Assembly (NCBI GenBank): GCA_903929535.1
Contig: CAIYVC010000080.1
Location: forward strand, 4,999 to 68,998
DNA length: 64,000 nucleotides
From: an uncultured Caulobacteraceae bacterium
GTDB taxonomy: Bacteria > Pseudomonadota > Alphaproteobacteria > Caulobacterales > Caulobacteraceae
Reading direction: 5' to 3'
Shown: one piece after another, positions 20,251-29,490 of the stretch
How positions within the stretch are numbered: position 1 is the stretch's first letter
How the letters are laid out: each line of letters opens with the position of its first letter
Made by a program: the position numbers and the translations under genes
Notes under the pieces: generated by a model
The model's database searches: none
The model's input: the letters and a program-made list of their open reading frames with translations, nothing else
What the model was told of the DNA's origin: nothing

Positions 20251-20672
20251 GTTCTTATGGGTCTTGTCGGACCGCGCGACCCCTTATGACGTCAGCCATC
20301 CTTGCGCGAGTATCGTACCGCCCCGGCGCTCAGCGCAACGGTTGAGGTGGCCTGTCGGCCCATTAGTGGGCGACGCATCTCCGTAAGGGGAATCGCCACG
20401 CCGCATCTGCGGCTTGGGCCCCGTGCGCCGCCCATAGCCTTGATCGGCGCAGGGCAGGGCGTCTGCATGCCTCCAATATGATCATTCCTCAAGAAACTGT
20501 ATCCCATGATATCGAAAACAATACTTCCGTATGAGGCCAAAATAACACTGCGGCATATTACTTAGGTGATGGGACAATTTGCGCCTTGTAGCGGATTGAA
20601 ACTGTCTCTCTTTTCGGGAGTGGGGCGCTCGAAAAACTCGATAGTGCGTCCGGAAAACTTGAGGTCTACTGA

Positions 20673-23186
20673 ATGAGATTACACCTATTGGCCGCGACGG
20701 CCTTGGTAACGTCGCTGATGGCGACAGATGCTCTGGCGCAGGCGGCGCCTGCCGCCCCCGCCGCTGAAACCGTCGAGGCCGTCGTGGTCACCGGCAGCCG
20801 CTCGGCGCCGCGCGCAGCCTTGAACACCCTGGCCCCGGTCGACGTGATTTCGGCCACCCAGATGACCCATATCGGCAGCACGGACCTGGCCCAGGCCCTG
20901 TCCGAAGCCCTGCCGTCCCTGAACTTCACCCATCCCGCCGTCACCGACGGCACCGACAGCCTGCGCCCGGCGACCCTGCGCGGCATGTCGCCCGACCAGA
21001 CTCTTGTGCTGATCGATTCCAAGCGCGCCCACACCTCGTCGCTGGTCAATCTGAACGGATCGGTTGGTTACGGCGCCGCGGCCATGGACCTGAACACCAT
21101 CCCGTTGGGCGCCTTGGCCAATGTGGAAGTGCTGCGCGACGGCGCCTCGGCCCAGTATGGATCGGACGCCATCGCGGGCGTGATCAACCTTCGTCTGCGC
21201 GAGGCCAGAAGCGGCGGCGACGTGTCGGTAACGACCGGGGTCTATGACACCAACGTCAATTACAACACCACCGGCGCTCCTAATCCGACCGGGGCGGCTC
21301 TGCCTGGCAGCCGCCATCTGAACGATGGCGCCACGACCACTGTTTCGGGGTGGAAGGGCTTCTCCCTGGGCGACAAGGGCTTCGTGACCGCGACCCTGGA
21401 ATACAAGACCCAGGCCCACACGACCCGCGCCGGACCTGATCCGCGCCAGCAATATCCCCTGGTGGGAACCGCCTTCGATCCGCGCGAGCAGACCTTCTCG
21501 CGCATCGACAACTGGTACGGCGATCCCAAGCTGGATCAGTACACCGGCTACTTGAACGCCGGGTACGACATGTCCGGCGAGGTGCATCTGTATGCCTTCG
21601 GAGGCTTCCAGCACCGCGACAGCAACTCGGCCGCCAATGTGCGCCGGGCGATCCAGGAAACCTCGGTTCCCGCCACAAATCTGCTGGCTGTCTATCCGAA
21701 CGGCTACCTGCCCAAGATCCATGGCCAGATCGATGATGCGACGGTCGCGGGCGGCGCCAAGTTCGCCACCGGCCCGTGGAGCTGGGACGCCAGCCTGACC
21801 TATGGCTACAACCGGTTCAAATTCGGCGTGATCGACACCATCAACGTGTCGCTCGGGCCCAACAGCCCCACGACCTTCAACGCCGGCGGGCCGCAATACC
21901 AGCAGACCGTCGCCAACCTGGATGGCACGCGCAAGCTGTCGCTGCTGGGCATGTCCGACGTCAATCTGGCCGTCGGCGCCGAGGTGCGTACCGAACAGTA
22001 CCGGATCTTCGCCGGCGAGCCGGCCTCCTACGCCAACGGGGGCTATGTGACTCCGTCCAAGACCGTCGGCGCCGCGGCTACTCAGGGCTTCCCGGGCTTC
22101 TCGCCCAGCGACGCCGTCAGCGCCAGCCGCACCTCGGAAAGCCTCTACGCCGACATCGAGTCCAAGCCGATCGACAACCTCGATATCGATATCGCGGGGC
22201 GCTACGAAAACTACTCCGACTTCGGCAGCGAGCTGACCGGCAAGCTGGCCGCCCGCTACGACTTCAACTCGAACTTCGCCCTGCGCGGCGCCATCTCCTC
22301 GGGCTTCCGCGCCCCGTCGCTGCAGCAGGAATACATCAGCTACAGCGCCATCACCTTCCTGGGCGGCCAGCAGATCACCAACGCGGTTCTGCGGGCCTCC
22401 AACCCGGTGGCGTCCTTCATCGGCGCCATCCCGCTGAAGCCGGAGCAGTCGACCAACTACTCCGTCGGCGGCGTGTTCCGGGCGGGGCCGTTCTCAGCCA
22501 CCCTGGACGGCTACATCATCCGCCTGAACAACCGGATCACGCTCTCCGATCCTTTGACCCAGGCCAACGTCCTGGCGCTGTTCCCGGCCTCGGCCCAGAT
22601 CGGCGCGGCGCGGTTCTTCACCAACGGCGTGGACACCACGACCACGGGGCAGGACTTCGTGGCGACCTACAAGTGGCGGCCCACCGGCGACATCGGGCGG
22701 TTCGATTTCAGCCTGAGCGCCAGCCACAACCAGACCACGATCAATGCCATCCGCTCCACGCCGCAGCTGTCGGCCCTGAACCCGGCGCCGGCCTTCCTCA
22801 CCAACTACCGCATCGAGAGCCTGACCAAGGGCCAGCCGAACTGGAAGAGCTCGCTGGTCACCGACTGGACCTATGGCCGTTATGGCCTGACCGCCACGGC
22901 GACCTACTACGGCTCGCTGCTGCAGCCGTTCAACACCGGCAACACTCTTGGCGACTACACCCTGGCCGCCAAGACGCTGATCGACCTGGAGGGCAGGGCG
23001 ACGGTCGGCGAGCATGTCCACTTGTCGCTGGGTGTCCAGAACCTGTTCGACACCTATCCGACGACGCCGCCGTACGTCCTCAATGGTCAGAACATCTCGA
23101 CCAACGGCGTCGGCCAGTTTCCGGAATATTCGCCGTTCGGTTTCAACGGCCGGTTTGTCTACGTGAAAGTTGGCTACGCCTTTTGA
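20673..23186 (+). CDS. TonB-dependent outer-membrane receptor
   Basis: 837 aa. Signal peptide, plug-domain motifs (VVVTGSR, LRGMSPDQTLVLIDSKR, EVLRDGASAQYGSDAIAGVINL), beta-barrel repeats, and a terminal aromatic residue (VKVGYAF). Confidence 0.93.
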   Translation: MRLHLLAATALVTSLMATDALAQAAPAAPAAETVEAVVVTGSRSAPRAALNTLAPVDVISATQMTHIGSTDLAQALSEALPSLNFTHPAVTDGTDSLRPATLRGMSPDQTLVLIDSKRAHTSSLVNLNGSVGYGAAAMDLNTIPLGALANVEVLRDGASAQYGSDAIAGVINLRLREARSGGDVSVTTGVYDTNVNYNTTGAPNPTGAALPGSRHLNDGATTTVSGWKGFSLGDKGFVTATLEYKTQAHTTRAGPDPRQQYPLVGTAFDPREQTFSRIDNWYGDPKLDQYTGYLNAGYDMSGEVHLYAFGGFQHRDSNSAANVRRAIQETSVPATNLLAVYPNGYLPKIHGQIDDATVAGGAKFATGPWSWDASLTYGYNRFKFGVIDTINVSLGPNSPTTFNAGGPQYQQTVANLDGTRKLSLLGMSDVNLAVGAEVRTEQYRIFAGEPASYANGGYVTPSKTVGAAATQGFPGFSPSDAVSASRTSESLYADIESKPIDNLDIDIAGRYENYSDFGSELTGKLAARYDFNSNFALRGAISSGFRAPSLQQEYISYSAITFLGGQQITNAVLRASNPVASFIGAIPLKPEQSTNYSVGGVFRAGPFSATLDGYIIRLNNRITLSDPLTQANVLALFPASAQIGAARFFTNGVDTTTTGQDFVATYKWRPTGDIGRFDFSLSASHNQTTINAIRSTPQLSALNPAPAFLTNYRIESLTKGQPNWKSSLVTDWTYGRYGLTATATYYGSLLQPFNTGNTLGDYTLAAKTLIDLEGRATVGEHVHLSLGVQNLFDTYPTTPPYVLNGQNISTNGVGQFPEYSPFGFNGRFVYVKVGYAF

Positions 23187-23202
23187 TCAAGGAATAGGCT
23201 AA

Positions 23203-23231
23203 GCCGGGCTAGCGCCCGGTTTCCCGCTTTT
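23203..23231 (+). terminator. Possible intrinsic terminator (first of two) after the TonB-dependent receptor gene
   Basis: GCCGGGC-TAGC-GCCCGGT hairpin followed by TTCCCGCTTTTCCC. Confidence 0.45.
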
Positions 23232-23244
23232 CCCAGAACAAGAT

Positions 23245-23288
23245 CGCCGGCTGGGTTCGAAAGGACCCGGCCGGCGTTTTTCGTTTTT
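23245..23288 (+). terminator. Strong intrinsic terminator, potentially bidirectional
   Basis: 12-bp stem CGCCGGCTGGGT / ACCCGGCCGGCG (one G-U pair), 8-nt loop, then TTTTTCGTTTTT. It lies between the convergent TBDR gene (+) and the 23361..24017 gene (-). Confidence 0.7.
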
Positions 23289-23360
23289 CCCGGCCGGCGC
23301 TCGCGAGGGAACGGCTCAAAAAGCCATATCCGAATTGCGCCTAAGGAATATTATCAGAAA

Positions 23361-24017
23361 TTACTTATCGGGCTGGAGCGTGGTTTCGACGTATTTCACG
23401 CCCTTGGGCGCGGTGAACATGTCCGCATCTGGCTGGGCGCCGATCTCGTACAGGTCGTAGCGGATGGCCCAGACCAGTTTCCCGTCGCGGTAATAGCGCG
23501 CGAAGGATGGCGTCGCGGCGTCCGGTTTTTCCAGGATTTCAACGGCTTCCTTGCCGTCGCTCAGGCGATGGACGTTCAGCGACACGCCATCGATGGTCTC
23601 GGTCCGGTCTACCTTGGGCGCATTGGCGGCGATGAACTCGGCCTCGCAGCCGAATTCCAGGTCCAGAATCTTGGGCGAAATGCGGTCGTCGGCGAACACC
23701 ACGGCGTGGGTGTTGAACACCGGTCCTGGATCGACGATGTGGCGCCCAGTGCGGTCGTACAGATTGGCCATCCAGATGTTGGGCTCGTCGATCACCGCCA
23801 GGCCCTGGATCTTGTTCTTGTCGTCCTGCTGCTCCTCCAGCCGAGAGCGCGTGGCGCCCTGGCGGTAAAGGCTCTTGGGCAGAGCGTCGAAGGACGCCGG
23901 ATCAATGCCGGGCGTGGTCTCGGTCGTCACGATATGCACCAGCTTTGCCGGCGCGCAGGTTGCCGCGATGGCCGGAGAAGCTGTGCCTAGAGCCAGAATA
24001 ATCGCCAATATTTTCAT
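23361..24017 (-). CDS. Hypothetical exported protein
   Basis: Start placed at MKILAIILALGTASPAIAATCAP (a clear Sec signal peptide). I recognised no family motif. Confidence 0.6.
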   Translation of the reverse strand: MKILAIILALGTASPAIAATCAPAKLVHIVTTETTPGIDPASFDALPKSLYRQGATRSRLEEQQDDKNKIQGLAVIDEPNIWMANLYDRTGRHIVDPGPVFNTHAVVFADDRISPKILDLEFGCEAEFIAANAPKVDRTETIDGVSLNVHRLSDGKEAVEILEKPDAATPSFARYYRDGKLVWAIRYDLYEIGAQPDADMFTAPKGVKYVETTLQPDK

Positions 24018-24035
24018 GATCTTCCGTCCCACGTC

Positions 24036-24839
24036 TCAGACGAACGTCATGCCGTCGTAGGCCGGTTCGACACCGGCCGGAAGTTCGCGCCGCAGGGTCT
24101 CATAGTCCAGGTCGATATGCATGTTGGTCAGGATGGCCCGCTCGGGCTTGACCCGTTCGATCCACCGCAGAGCCTGTTCGACTGTGGCGTGGGTCGGATG
24201 CGCTCTGTAGCGCAGCGCGTCCACGATCCACACCCTGACCCCCGCCAGCACCTCGAAACTCGCCTCGGGAAAGTCAACGACGTCGCTCGAATAGGCAACA
24301 TCTCCAATACGATAGCCCACCGATTTGATGTCGCCGTGGTCCTGGTCAAAGGTCTGCACCGGTATGGCGCCGGACGGTCCGTCGATGCTCCAATGGGCGC
24401 CGAACGCCGGGAGTTCCATAGGCTCGCAGATGGCCGGATAGCCCCCTTCCCCCTCGAACACATAGGAGAAGCGCTGCGCCAGGTTCCGCCGGGTGTGGGC
24501 GTCCATGTAGCAGGGCGTGCGCCGCTGGTGGCGCAGGTAGAAGGCGCGCAGATCGTCAATGCCGTTGGCCTGGTCGGCGTGATCGTGGGTGTAGAGCACC
24601 GCGTCCACCCGTTTGACCCCGGCGGCGGCGGTCTGCAGCCGCAGATCGGGCGATGTGTCGATCAGAACAGTGGTTTCCTGCTCGGGCCCGGCGTCGGAGC
24701 GCCGCCGCACCATCATGCAGCAGCGGCTGCGCTGGTTCTTGGGCTCGGCCGGATCGCACACGCCCCAATTGCCGTCCGCCCGCGGCACGCCGCCGGACGA
24801 GCCGCAGCCCAGGATCACATACTCCAGCCGCCCGCTCAT
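24036..24839 (-). CDS. MBL-fold metallo-hydrolase (PhnP-like)
   Basis: Start at MSGRLEYVILGCGSSGGVPR (ATGA overlap with the tatD stop). Metallo-beta-lactamase motif YTHDHADQ (HxHxDH). Confidence 0.88.
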   Translation of the reverse strand: MSGRLEYVILGCGSSGGVPRADGNWGVCDPAEPKNQRSRCCMMVRRRSDAGPEQETTVLIDTSPDLRLQTAAAGVKRVDAVLYTHDHADQANGIDDLRAFYLRHQRRTPCYMDAHTRRNLAQRFSYVFEGEGGYPAICEPMELPAFGAHWSIDGPSGAIPVQTFDQDHGDIKSVGYRIGDVAYSSDVVDFPEASFEVLAGVRVWIVDALRYRAHPTHATVEQALRWIERVKPERAILTNMHIDLDYETLRRELPAGVEPAYDGMTFV

Positions 24840-25621
24840 GCCGCCGGCCTCGGAATACGGTCGAACAGGGCGAAGAAGGCGTCTTCGGTCCGCTGCTCCG
24901 CTTCGGCTAGCGACCATTCCCTGACCTCAGCCAATTTGCCAAGGATATGAGGGATATAGGCCGGCTCGTTACGGCGGCCTCGGAACGGAACCGGCGCCAG
25001 ATACGGGCAGTCGGTCTCCACGATGATGCGGTCGGCGGGCATGTCGCGGATCAGCGCCCTCACCTCGTCCGCCGCCTTGAAGGTGGCGATGCCGGAAACC
25101 GAGAACCAGGCCCCCAGCGCCGCCGCCCGCCGCGCTAGATCAGCGCCGGAGGTGTAGCAGTGCATCAAGAGTTTGAAGGGCCCGCGCGCGTGCTCTTCCT
25201 CCAGGATCTGGCCCATCAGGTCGTCCGCCTCGCGGGTATGCACCACCAGCGGCAAACCGGTTTCCCGCGCCGCAGTCACATGCACCCGGAACACCGCCGC
25301 CTGCACCTCGCGCGGCGACAGGTCGTAGTGGAAGTCCAAACCGCACTCGCCGATGCCCACAACCTTGGGCCGCGCCGCCAGGTCCGCTAAGGTTTTCGCG
25401 GCAAGCGACGGATTTTCCTTGGCTTCGTGCGGGTGTGTACCGACCGTGGCCCAGATGTCGTCGTGGCTCATGGCGATGGCGTGGACCGCCTCGAACGACG
25501 AAACCTTGTCGCAGATCGTCAGCATCAGACCCACGCCCGCTTGCCGCGCCCGGGCGATCACCTCGGCCTGATCGTCGGCGAACTGCGGCGCATGCAGATT
25601 GACGTGGCTGTCGATCAGCAC
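24836..25621 (-). CDS. tatD: TatD-family metal-dependent hydrolase
   Basis: 261 aa with MLIDSHVNL (HxH), GECGLDFHY, VVHTREA and ETDCPYLAP motifs. Confidence 0.92.
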   Translation of the reverse strand: MLIDSHVNLHAPQFADDQAEVIARARQAGVGLMLTICDKVSSFEAVHAIAMSHDDIWATVGTHPHEAKENPSLAAKTLADLAARPKVVGIGECGLDFHYDLSPREVQAAVFRVHVTAARETGLPLVVHTREADDLMGQILEEEHARGPFKLLMHCYTSGADLARRAAALGAWFSVSGIATFKAADEVRALIRDMPADRIIVETDCPYLAPVPFRGRRNEPAYIPHILGKLAEVREWSLAEAEQRTEDAFFALFDRIPRPAA

Positions 25622-25625
25622 GGCC

Positions 25626-26630
25626 TCAAGCCCTCGCCGCCTGGCGCAGCCGACCGATCGCGGTGAAGAAGGCGTCGGTACGGTCCAGGTTCACCGCCTC
25701 GACTTCACGAGGCAAGGCGGCCAGCCCCTGCCAGACCTCGGCCCACCGCTCGATCTCTCCCGAGGCGCCCTGTTCGCTGGCCTGCACCGCCATGCCGTGG
25801 ACCTGATCGGCCAGCCGCTCCAGCAGCAGATCGAAGCGCTTGGCGCCCTCGGCTCCCCGGAAGCCGTCGGCGACGGCCAGAAGGGCCGCGTCGTCGGCGT
25901 CCGGCAGGCGGCGCAGAATCTCGTGCGCCACGGCGTCGGCCTGCAACGCCCCGCCCTCGGCCATCGACAGGGCCCGTCCGGGCGCGCCCTTGGCCATCTG
26001 CGCCAGCCGAGCCCCCTCCTCCGCCCCGAGCCCTGCCCGGTCCTGCAGGAAGCCCTGGATCCGCTCCTCGCTCCACGGCGCGAACGCCAGACGGCGGCAG
26101 CGCGAGCGGATGGTGGCGATCAGTCCGCCCGGCGCATGGGACACCAGGAACAGGATGCCGCGCGCCGGAGGCTCCTCAAGAGTCTTGAGCAATGCGTTGG
26201 CGGCATTGATATTCATGTCGTCCACGGCGTCGATGATGGCGACCCGGTAAGGCGCGCTGGCGGGCGCCTTGGAGAAGAATTCGGGCAGCTTGCGCGCCTC
26301 GTCCACCGGGATGCTCCTGCGCGGCTTGCCGTCGTCCGTGGCCAACTCCAGCACCATCAGATCCGGGTGCGAGCGCGAGGCGACCTGACGGCTGACCGGA
26401 TGGGCGGGATCGGAGCCCAGCAGGCCGTAAGCGGCGTCGGGCCGCGCACCCAGCAGCCGCCGCGCCGCGCGATAGGCGAAGGTCGCCTTGCCCACGCCCT
26501 CGGGCCCCGTCAGCAGCCAGGCGTGATGCAGCCGACCCCGATCCAGGGACTCCTGAAACGCCGTCTCCACCGCCAATCCGCCGTCATAACCGAACACTTC
26601 GCGGGGATGCGGCGCTTCGGAGCCACTCAT
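25626..26630 (-). CDS. holB: DNA polymerase III subunit delta'
   Basis: 334 aa with HAWLLTGPEGVGKATFA (degenerate Walker A) and TIRSRCRR (the SRC motif). ATGA overlap with the tmk stop; classical tmk-holB order. Confidence 0.9.
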   Translation of the reverse strand: MSGSEAPHPREVFGYDGGLAVETAFQESLDRGRLHHAWLLTGPEGVGKATFAYRAARRLLGARPDAAYGLLGSDPAHPVSRQVASRSHPDLMVLELATDDGKPRRSIPVDEARKLPEFFSKAPASAPYRVAIIDAVDDMNINAANALLKTLEEPPARGILFLVSHAPGGLIATIRSRCRRLAFAPWSEERIQGFLQDRAGLGAEEGARLAQMAKGAPGRALSMAEGGALQADAVAHEILRRLPDADDAALLAVADGFRGAEGAKRFDLLLERLADQVHGMAVQASEQGASGEIERWAEVWQGLAALPREVEAVNLDRTDAFFTAIGRLRQAARA

Positions 26631-27277
26631 GATCCCTGCCCGAACGGCAGGCGGGCCTGGACCGCGGCCCAGATGGCGTCGGACACGGTCTCAGGCGTCG
26701 CGGTGGCGTCGATCACCACGCAGCGGCCCACCTCGGCCTCGGCGATGGCCAGGAACGCGTCGCGCAGACGCTCGTGGAAGGCGGTTCCCTTGGCTTCGAA
26801 CCGGGCCTCCGCCCCGCCCCGCTGACCGGCGCGCGCCAGGCCCTGCTCCACCGGCAGATCGAGGATCAGAGTCAGGTCCGGGCGGGTGTGCTCCAGGACA
26901 TGGGTCTCCATCGCCTCCAGGAAGTCGGGCGACACCCCGCCGCCGGCGCCCTGATAGGCCCGGCTGGAGTCGGCGAACCGGTCGCTGATCACCCAGGCGC
27001 CGCGCTCCAGCGCCGGACGCACGGTACGCTCGATGTGGTCGCGCCGGGCGGCGTACATCAGCAGGGTTTCGCTGACCGCGGACCATCTATCCGGATCGCC
27101 GGTGACAAGCAGTGCGCGGATCGCCTCGGCGCCGGGCGAGCCACCCGGTTCGCGCGTGGCCACGGCCTCGATACCGGCGGCCTTCAGCCGTTCGGCGAGG
27201 ATACGGACCTGGGTGGATTTCCCAGCGCCCTCCCCGCCTTCCAAGGTGATGAATTGACCGCGCGACACGGCTCTCAC
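26627..27277 (-). CDS. tmk: dTMP (thymidylate) kinase
   Basis: 216 aa with FITLEGGEGAGKST (P-loop), TREPGG and DRFADSSRAYQG. Confidence 0.95.
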   Translation of the reverse strand: MRAVSRGQFITLEGGEGAGKSTQVRILAERLKAAGIEAVATREPGGSPGAEAIRALLVTGDPDRWSAVSETLLMYAARRDHIERTVRPALERGAWVISDRFADSSRAYQGAGGGVSPDFLEAMETHVLEHTRPDLTLILDLPVEQGLARAGQRGGAEARFEAKGTAFHERLRDAFLAIAEAEVGRCVVIDATATPETVSDAIWAAVQARLPFGQGS

Positions 27278-27327
27278 ATTGGCCGGTTCGCGGGCCGGCG
27301 CAAGCGGGCTGAAGCCGATTTCGGGGG

Positions 27328-28656
27328 TTACAGCCCGCCGATGATGTGGGCGTCGGGCGCTCCCAGCGAGACCGCCCGTGACGCGGCGGCCTGGGCGGTC
27401 GTCTGATTGGGCAGGCCGCGCACCACCACCCGATAGAGGGTCTGCCCGTTACGCTCGAAGGGTTCAACCTGCGGCGCGCCCGAACCGGCCAGGCGCTCGG
27501 CCAGGTGCGCGGCGTTGGCTGGATTGGAGAACACGCCCGCCTGGACCGCCAGTCCGCCCGGCGCGACTGCGGGCGCTCCTGCCGCTGCGGGGGCCGCCGC
27601 GCCGCTTGCTGCCGAACCGGCGGCCGAGGCCGCGGCTGCGGCTGACGCCGCCATGGGCATGGCCGCCGCAGCGGACGAGGCCAGAGTGTTGTTGTTCGGC
27701 GCCGCGGCGGCGGGAGTTCCGCCGCCCGAGGACGCCACTGAGGACCCGCCGGTCCCGGTCCCACCGCCGCCTGACGCGCCGTTGAGCAGAGAATCCACAT
27801 CCGTCAGCCCGGTGTTGGAGGGCGTCGTCGCCGGCGGCGCTGTGCTCGCCACATAGGACGGCGGGCTCGCGTTTTGGATCGCCGGCAATTGGGTTTGAGT
27901 GACCGGCGGTGCGGCGGGGACGGAGCCGCCGCCCGAAGCGCCCGGAAGGCCGCCCGCGGCGCCCCCTCCCAAAAGGATCGGGGCTACGATCGGAGCGATA
28001 ATCGGAACGATCGTGGGTGGCGGCGCCATCGGCGGCGGGGCCAGGGGCGGCAGAGCGGGCAAGGAAGGCAGAGAGGGCAGCGACGACGGCGCCTTCGGCA
28101 GCTTGTTCAGCGCCTGCGTCTGCTTGGGCTCGGGCGGCGGCGGCGCCTGACCGACATAGCGCACCCGCACCTTGGTCACGCCCGTGGCCACGAAGCCCAG
28201 CTCGTCGGCGGCGGCTTTCGACATGTCGATCACTCGGTTGCCGACGAAAGGCCCCCGGTCGTTGACCCGCACGATCACCGTGCGGCCATTGGCCAGGTTG
28301 GTCACTTCCACCAGGCTCGGCAGCGGCAAGGTCTTATGCGCGGCCGACGGCATGGCCATGTCGAACACTTCGCCGTCCGCGGTGTAATGGTTGTGGAACT
28401 GCTCGCCGTACCAGGAGGCGATGCCGATCTCGTCGTAGTTGGGCTGGTCCTTCGGATAGTACCAGACGCCCTTCACCTCATAGGGCTTGCCGACCTTGTA
28501 GCCGGTGTAGTGCGAGGTGGGTTCGCCGTTGACGCCGACCTGGGGCTTGGGTCCGCCGGCGCAGGCCGCGAGGCTCGCGGCCGCCAGGGCGAGCAGAGCC
28601 GTGCGCAGAGCCAAGCCTTTGTCGTTTTCGAACGTCCAATTCGCCGCCAGCGCCAT
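27328..28656 (-). CDS. rlpA: Septal-ring lytic transglycosylase RlpA-family lipoprotein with C-terminal SPOR domain
   Basis: Lipobox LAAC, DPBB domain (GIASWYGEQFHNHYTADGEVFD...RVNDRGPF), a ~200-aa Pro/Ala/Gly/Ser low-complexity linker, and a SPOR-like C-terminus (LAVQAGVFSNPANA...). Start placed at the second ATG (28656). Confidence 0.9.
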   Translation of the reverse strand: MALAANWTFENDKGLALRTALLALAAASLAACAGGPKPQVGVNGEPTSHYTGYKVGKPYEVKGVWYYPKDQPNYDEIGIASWYGEQFHNHYTADGEVFDMAMPSAAHKTLPLPSLVEVTNLANGRTVIVRVNDRGPFVGNRVIDMSKAAADELGFVATGVTKVRVRYVGQAPPPPEPKQTQALNKLPKAPSSLPSLPSLPALPPLAPPPMAPPPTIVPIIAPIVAPILLGGGAAGGLPGASGGGSVPAAPPVTQTQLPAIQNASPPSYVASTAPPATTPSNTGLTDVDSLLNGASGGGGTGTGGSSVASSGGGTPAAAAPNNNTLASSAAAAMPMAASAAAAASAAGSAASGAAAPAAAGAPAVAPGGLAVQAGVFSNPANAAHLAERLAGSGAPQVEPFERNGQTLYRVVVRGLPNQTTAQAAASRAVSLGAPDAHIIGGL

Positions 28657-28714
28657 ACGCCCGTGTCCCGTCACTTGAGTCGGATCACGGTAAACGGCGG
28701 GTTTTGAAACAAGG

Positions 28715-29227
28715 TTAAGGCGGCGGCGCGGGCGGCTGGACAGAGACGGTCACCGTGCCGTCGTCGGCTGTGACGACCTGCAGGACGGAGTCGGCGCTCA
28801 CCTCGCCCAGATCGAGATCGGTCGTCGCTGTCAGCAGCCATAGCCGCGGGCCCGACCTGGCCAGGACGGTGATGGGCGCGATCAGCTGCGAGCGGGTCTG
28901 ACGCTTGAGGAAGGAATAGATCGGCTCCCTGCGCCAGGCCAAAGCGTCGGCCTCATCGCAAACCGCGAGCAGCCGGGGCGGGCTGTCGATCGCCGTCAGA
29001 ACCACGCCGGTCAGATCGGGCCTGAAACTGTCGGGCATCTGCCGCTGGATAAGCCACTGGCATTCGAATCGGCCGCATGCGCGGGGACGAAGCGGCGAGC
29101 GGTGGATGGCGCAGCCCTTCCCCGGGATGGAGTGCTGGCAGTCCACGCCTTGCGCCTTGCCGAGTTCCTCCACGGCGATGACCGTGCAGCAGAGGGTGCA
29201 GGCGCCGCACTGTCTGGGTTGGAGCAT
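28715..29227 (-). CDS. YkgJ-family cysteine-cluster (putative Zn/Fe-binding) protein
   Basis: 170 aa with an N-terminal CGACTLCC...C...C...C...FECQW cysteine pattern typical of UPF0153/YkgJ. Confidence 0.7.
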   Translation of the reverse strand: MLQPRQCGACTLCCTVIAVEELGKAQGVDCQHSIPGKGCAIHRSPLRPRACGRFECQWLIQRQMPDSFRPDLTGVVLTAIDSPPRLLAVCDEADALAWRREPIYSFLKRQTRSQLIAPITVLARSGPRLWLLTATTDLDLGEVSADSVLQVVTADDGTVTVSVQPPAPPP

Positions 29228-29305
29228 GCAGCCAGCCTAGCAGAGTCTTATCCGCCGCAACCGCTCTTGCCGCCCGCGCCGCCTTCGTGGCATGGCTCGC
29301 GGCCT

Positions 29306-29396
29306 TGGAAGGGTGGCCGAGTGGTTTAAGGCAGCGGTCTTGAAAACCGCCGTGGGTGCAAGCCCACCGTGGGTTCGAATCCCACCTCTTCCGCCA
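29306..29396 (+). tRNA. tRNA-Ser (anticodon TGA), type II with long variable arm, CCA encoded
   Basis: Hand-folded cloverleaf: acceptor GGAAGGG/CTCTTCC, anticodon stem GCGGT/ACCGC with loop CTTGAAA, long variable arm CGTGGGTGCAAGCCCACC, T-arm GTGGG-TTCGAAT-CCCAC, then G-CCA. Confidence 0.95.
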
Positions 29397-29404
29397 CCCT
29401 ACGC

Positions 29405-29443
29405 CGCCCGCAGGGCGGCTTCGGGTGGCAGGCCACACGAAGC
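29405..29443 (+). repeat. 39-bp hairpin-forming direct repeat, copy 1
   Basis: CGCCCGCAGGGCGGCTTCGGGTGGCAGGCCACACGAAGC. It contains a CGCCC-GCA-GGGCG hairpin and a GCTTCGGGTGG/CCACACGAAGC hairpin (1 mismatch). The whole unit is enclosed by an outer inverted repeat, CCCTACGC (29397) ... GCGTAGGG (29453). Confidence 0.85.
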
Positions 29444-29490
29444 GTGCGTAGGGTGTCGCCCGAAGCTCCGCAGGAGCGAAGGGGGACGGG

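Noticed and set aside
20478-20534. An 18-codon mini-ORF (MIIPQETVSHDIENNTSV) inside the AT-rich island upstream of the receptor gene.
   Set aside because: There is no Shine-Dalgarno motif (the upstream sequence is CCTCC, i.e. anti-SD-like), the codon usage is atypical, and I have no conservation evidence. It is probably a chance ORF in AT-rich DNA.
20290-20672. Possible riboswitch (cobalamin or TPP) in the leader of the TonB-dependent receptor gene.
   Set aside because: I looked on both strands for the B12 box (AGYCMGGAGACCKGCC / GCCACTG) and for the TPP core (CTGAGA ... ACCTGATCTGGATAATGCCAGCG) and found neither. Only a covariance-model scan could settle this, so it is kept only as a general regulatory-region finding.
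24836-27277. The tmk-holB-tatD-MBL operon lacks the metG gene that I often see between holB and tatD in alphaproteobacteria.
   Set aside because: Gene order varies between lineages, and the junction (25621/25626) is clean with no remnant. This is not evidence of anything unusual without comparative data.
27500-28150. Highly repetitive GC-rich DNA that looked like a tandem repeat array.
   Set aside because: It is the Pro/Ala/Gly/Ser low-complexity linker of RlpA, in frame between the DPBB and SPOR domains. It has no fixed repeat unit and no spacer structure, so it is not a CRISPR array or VNTR.
29288-29305. Sigma-54-like TGGCAT-N5-GCGG element just upstream of tRNA-Ser.
   Set aside because: The -12 element does not match TTGC, tRNA genes are not known sigma-54 targets, and the spacing to the mature 5' end is only approximate.
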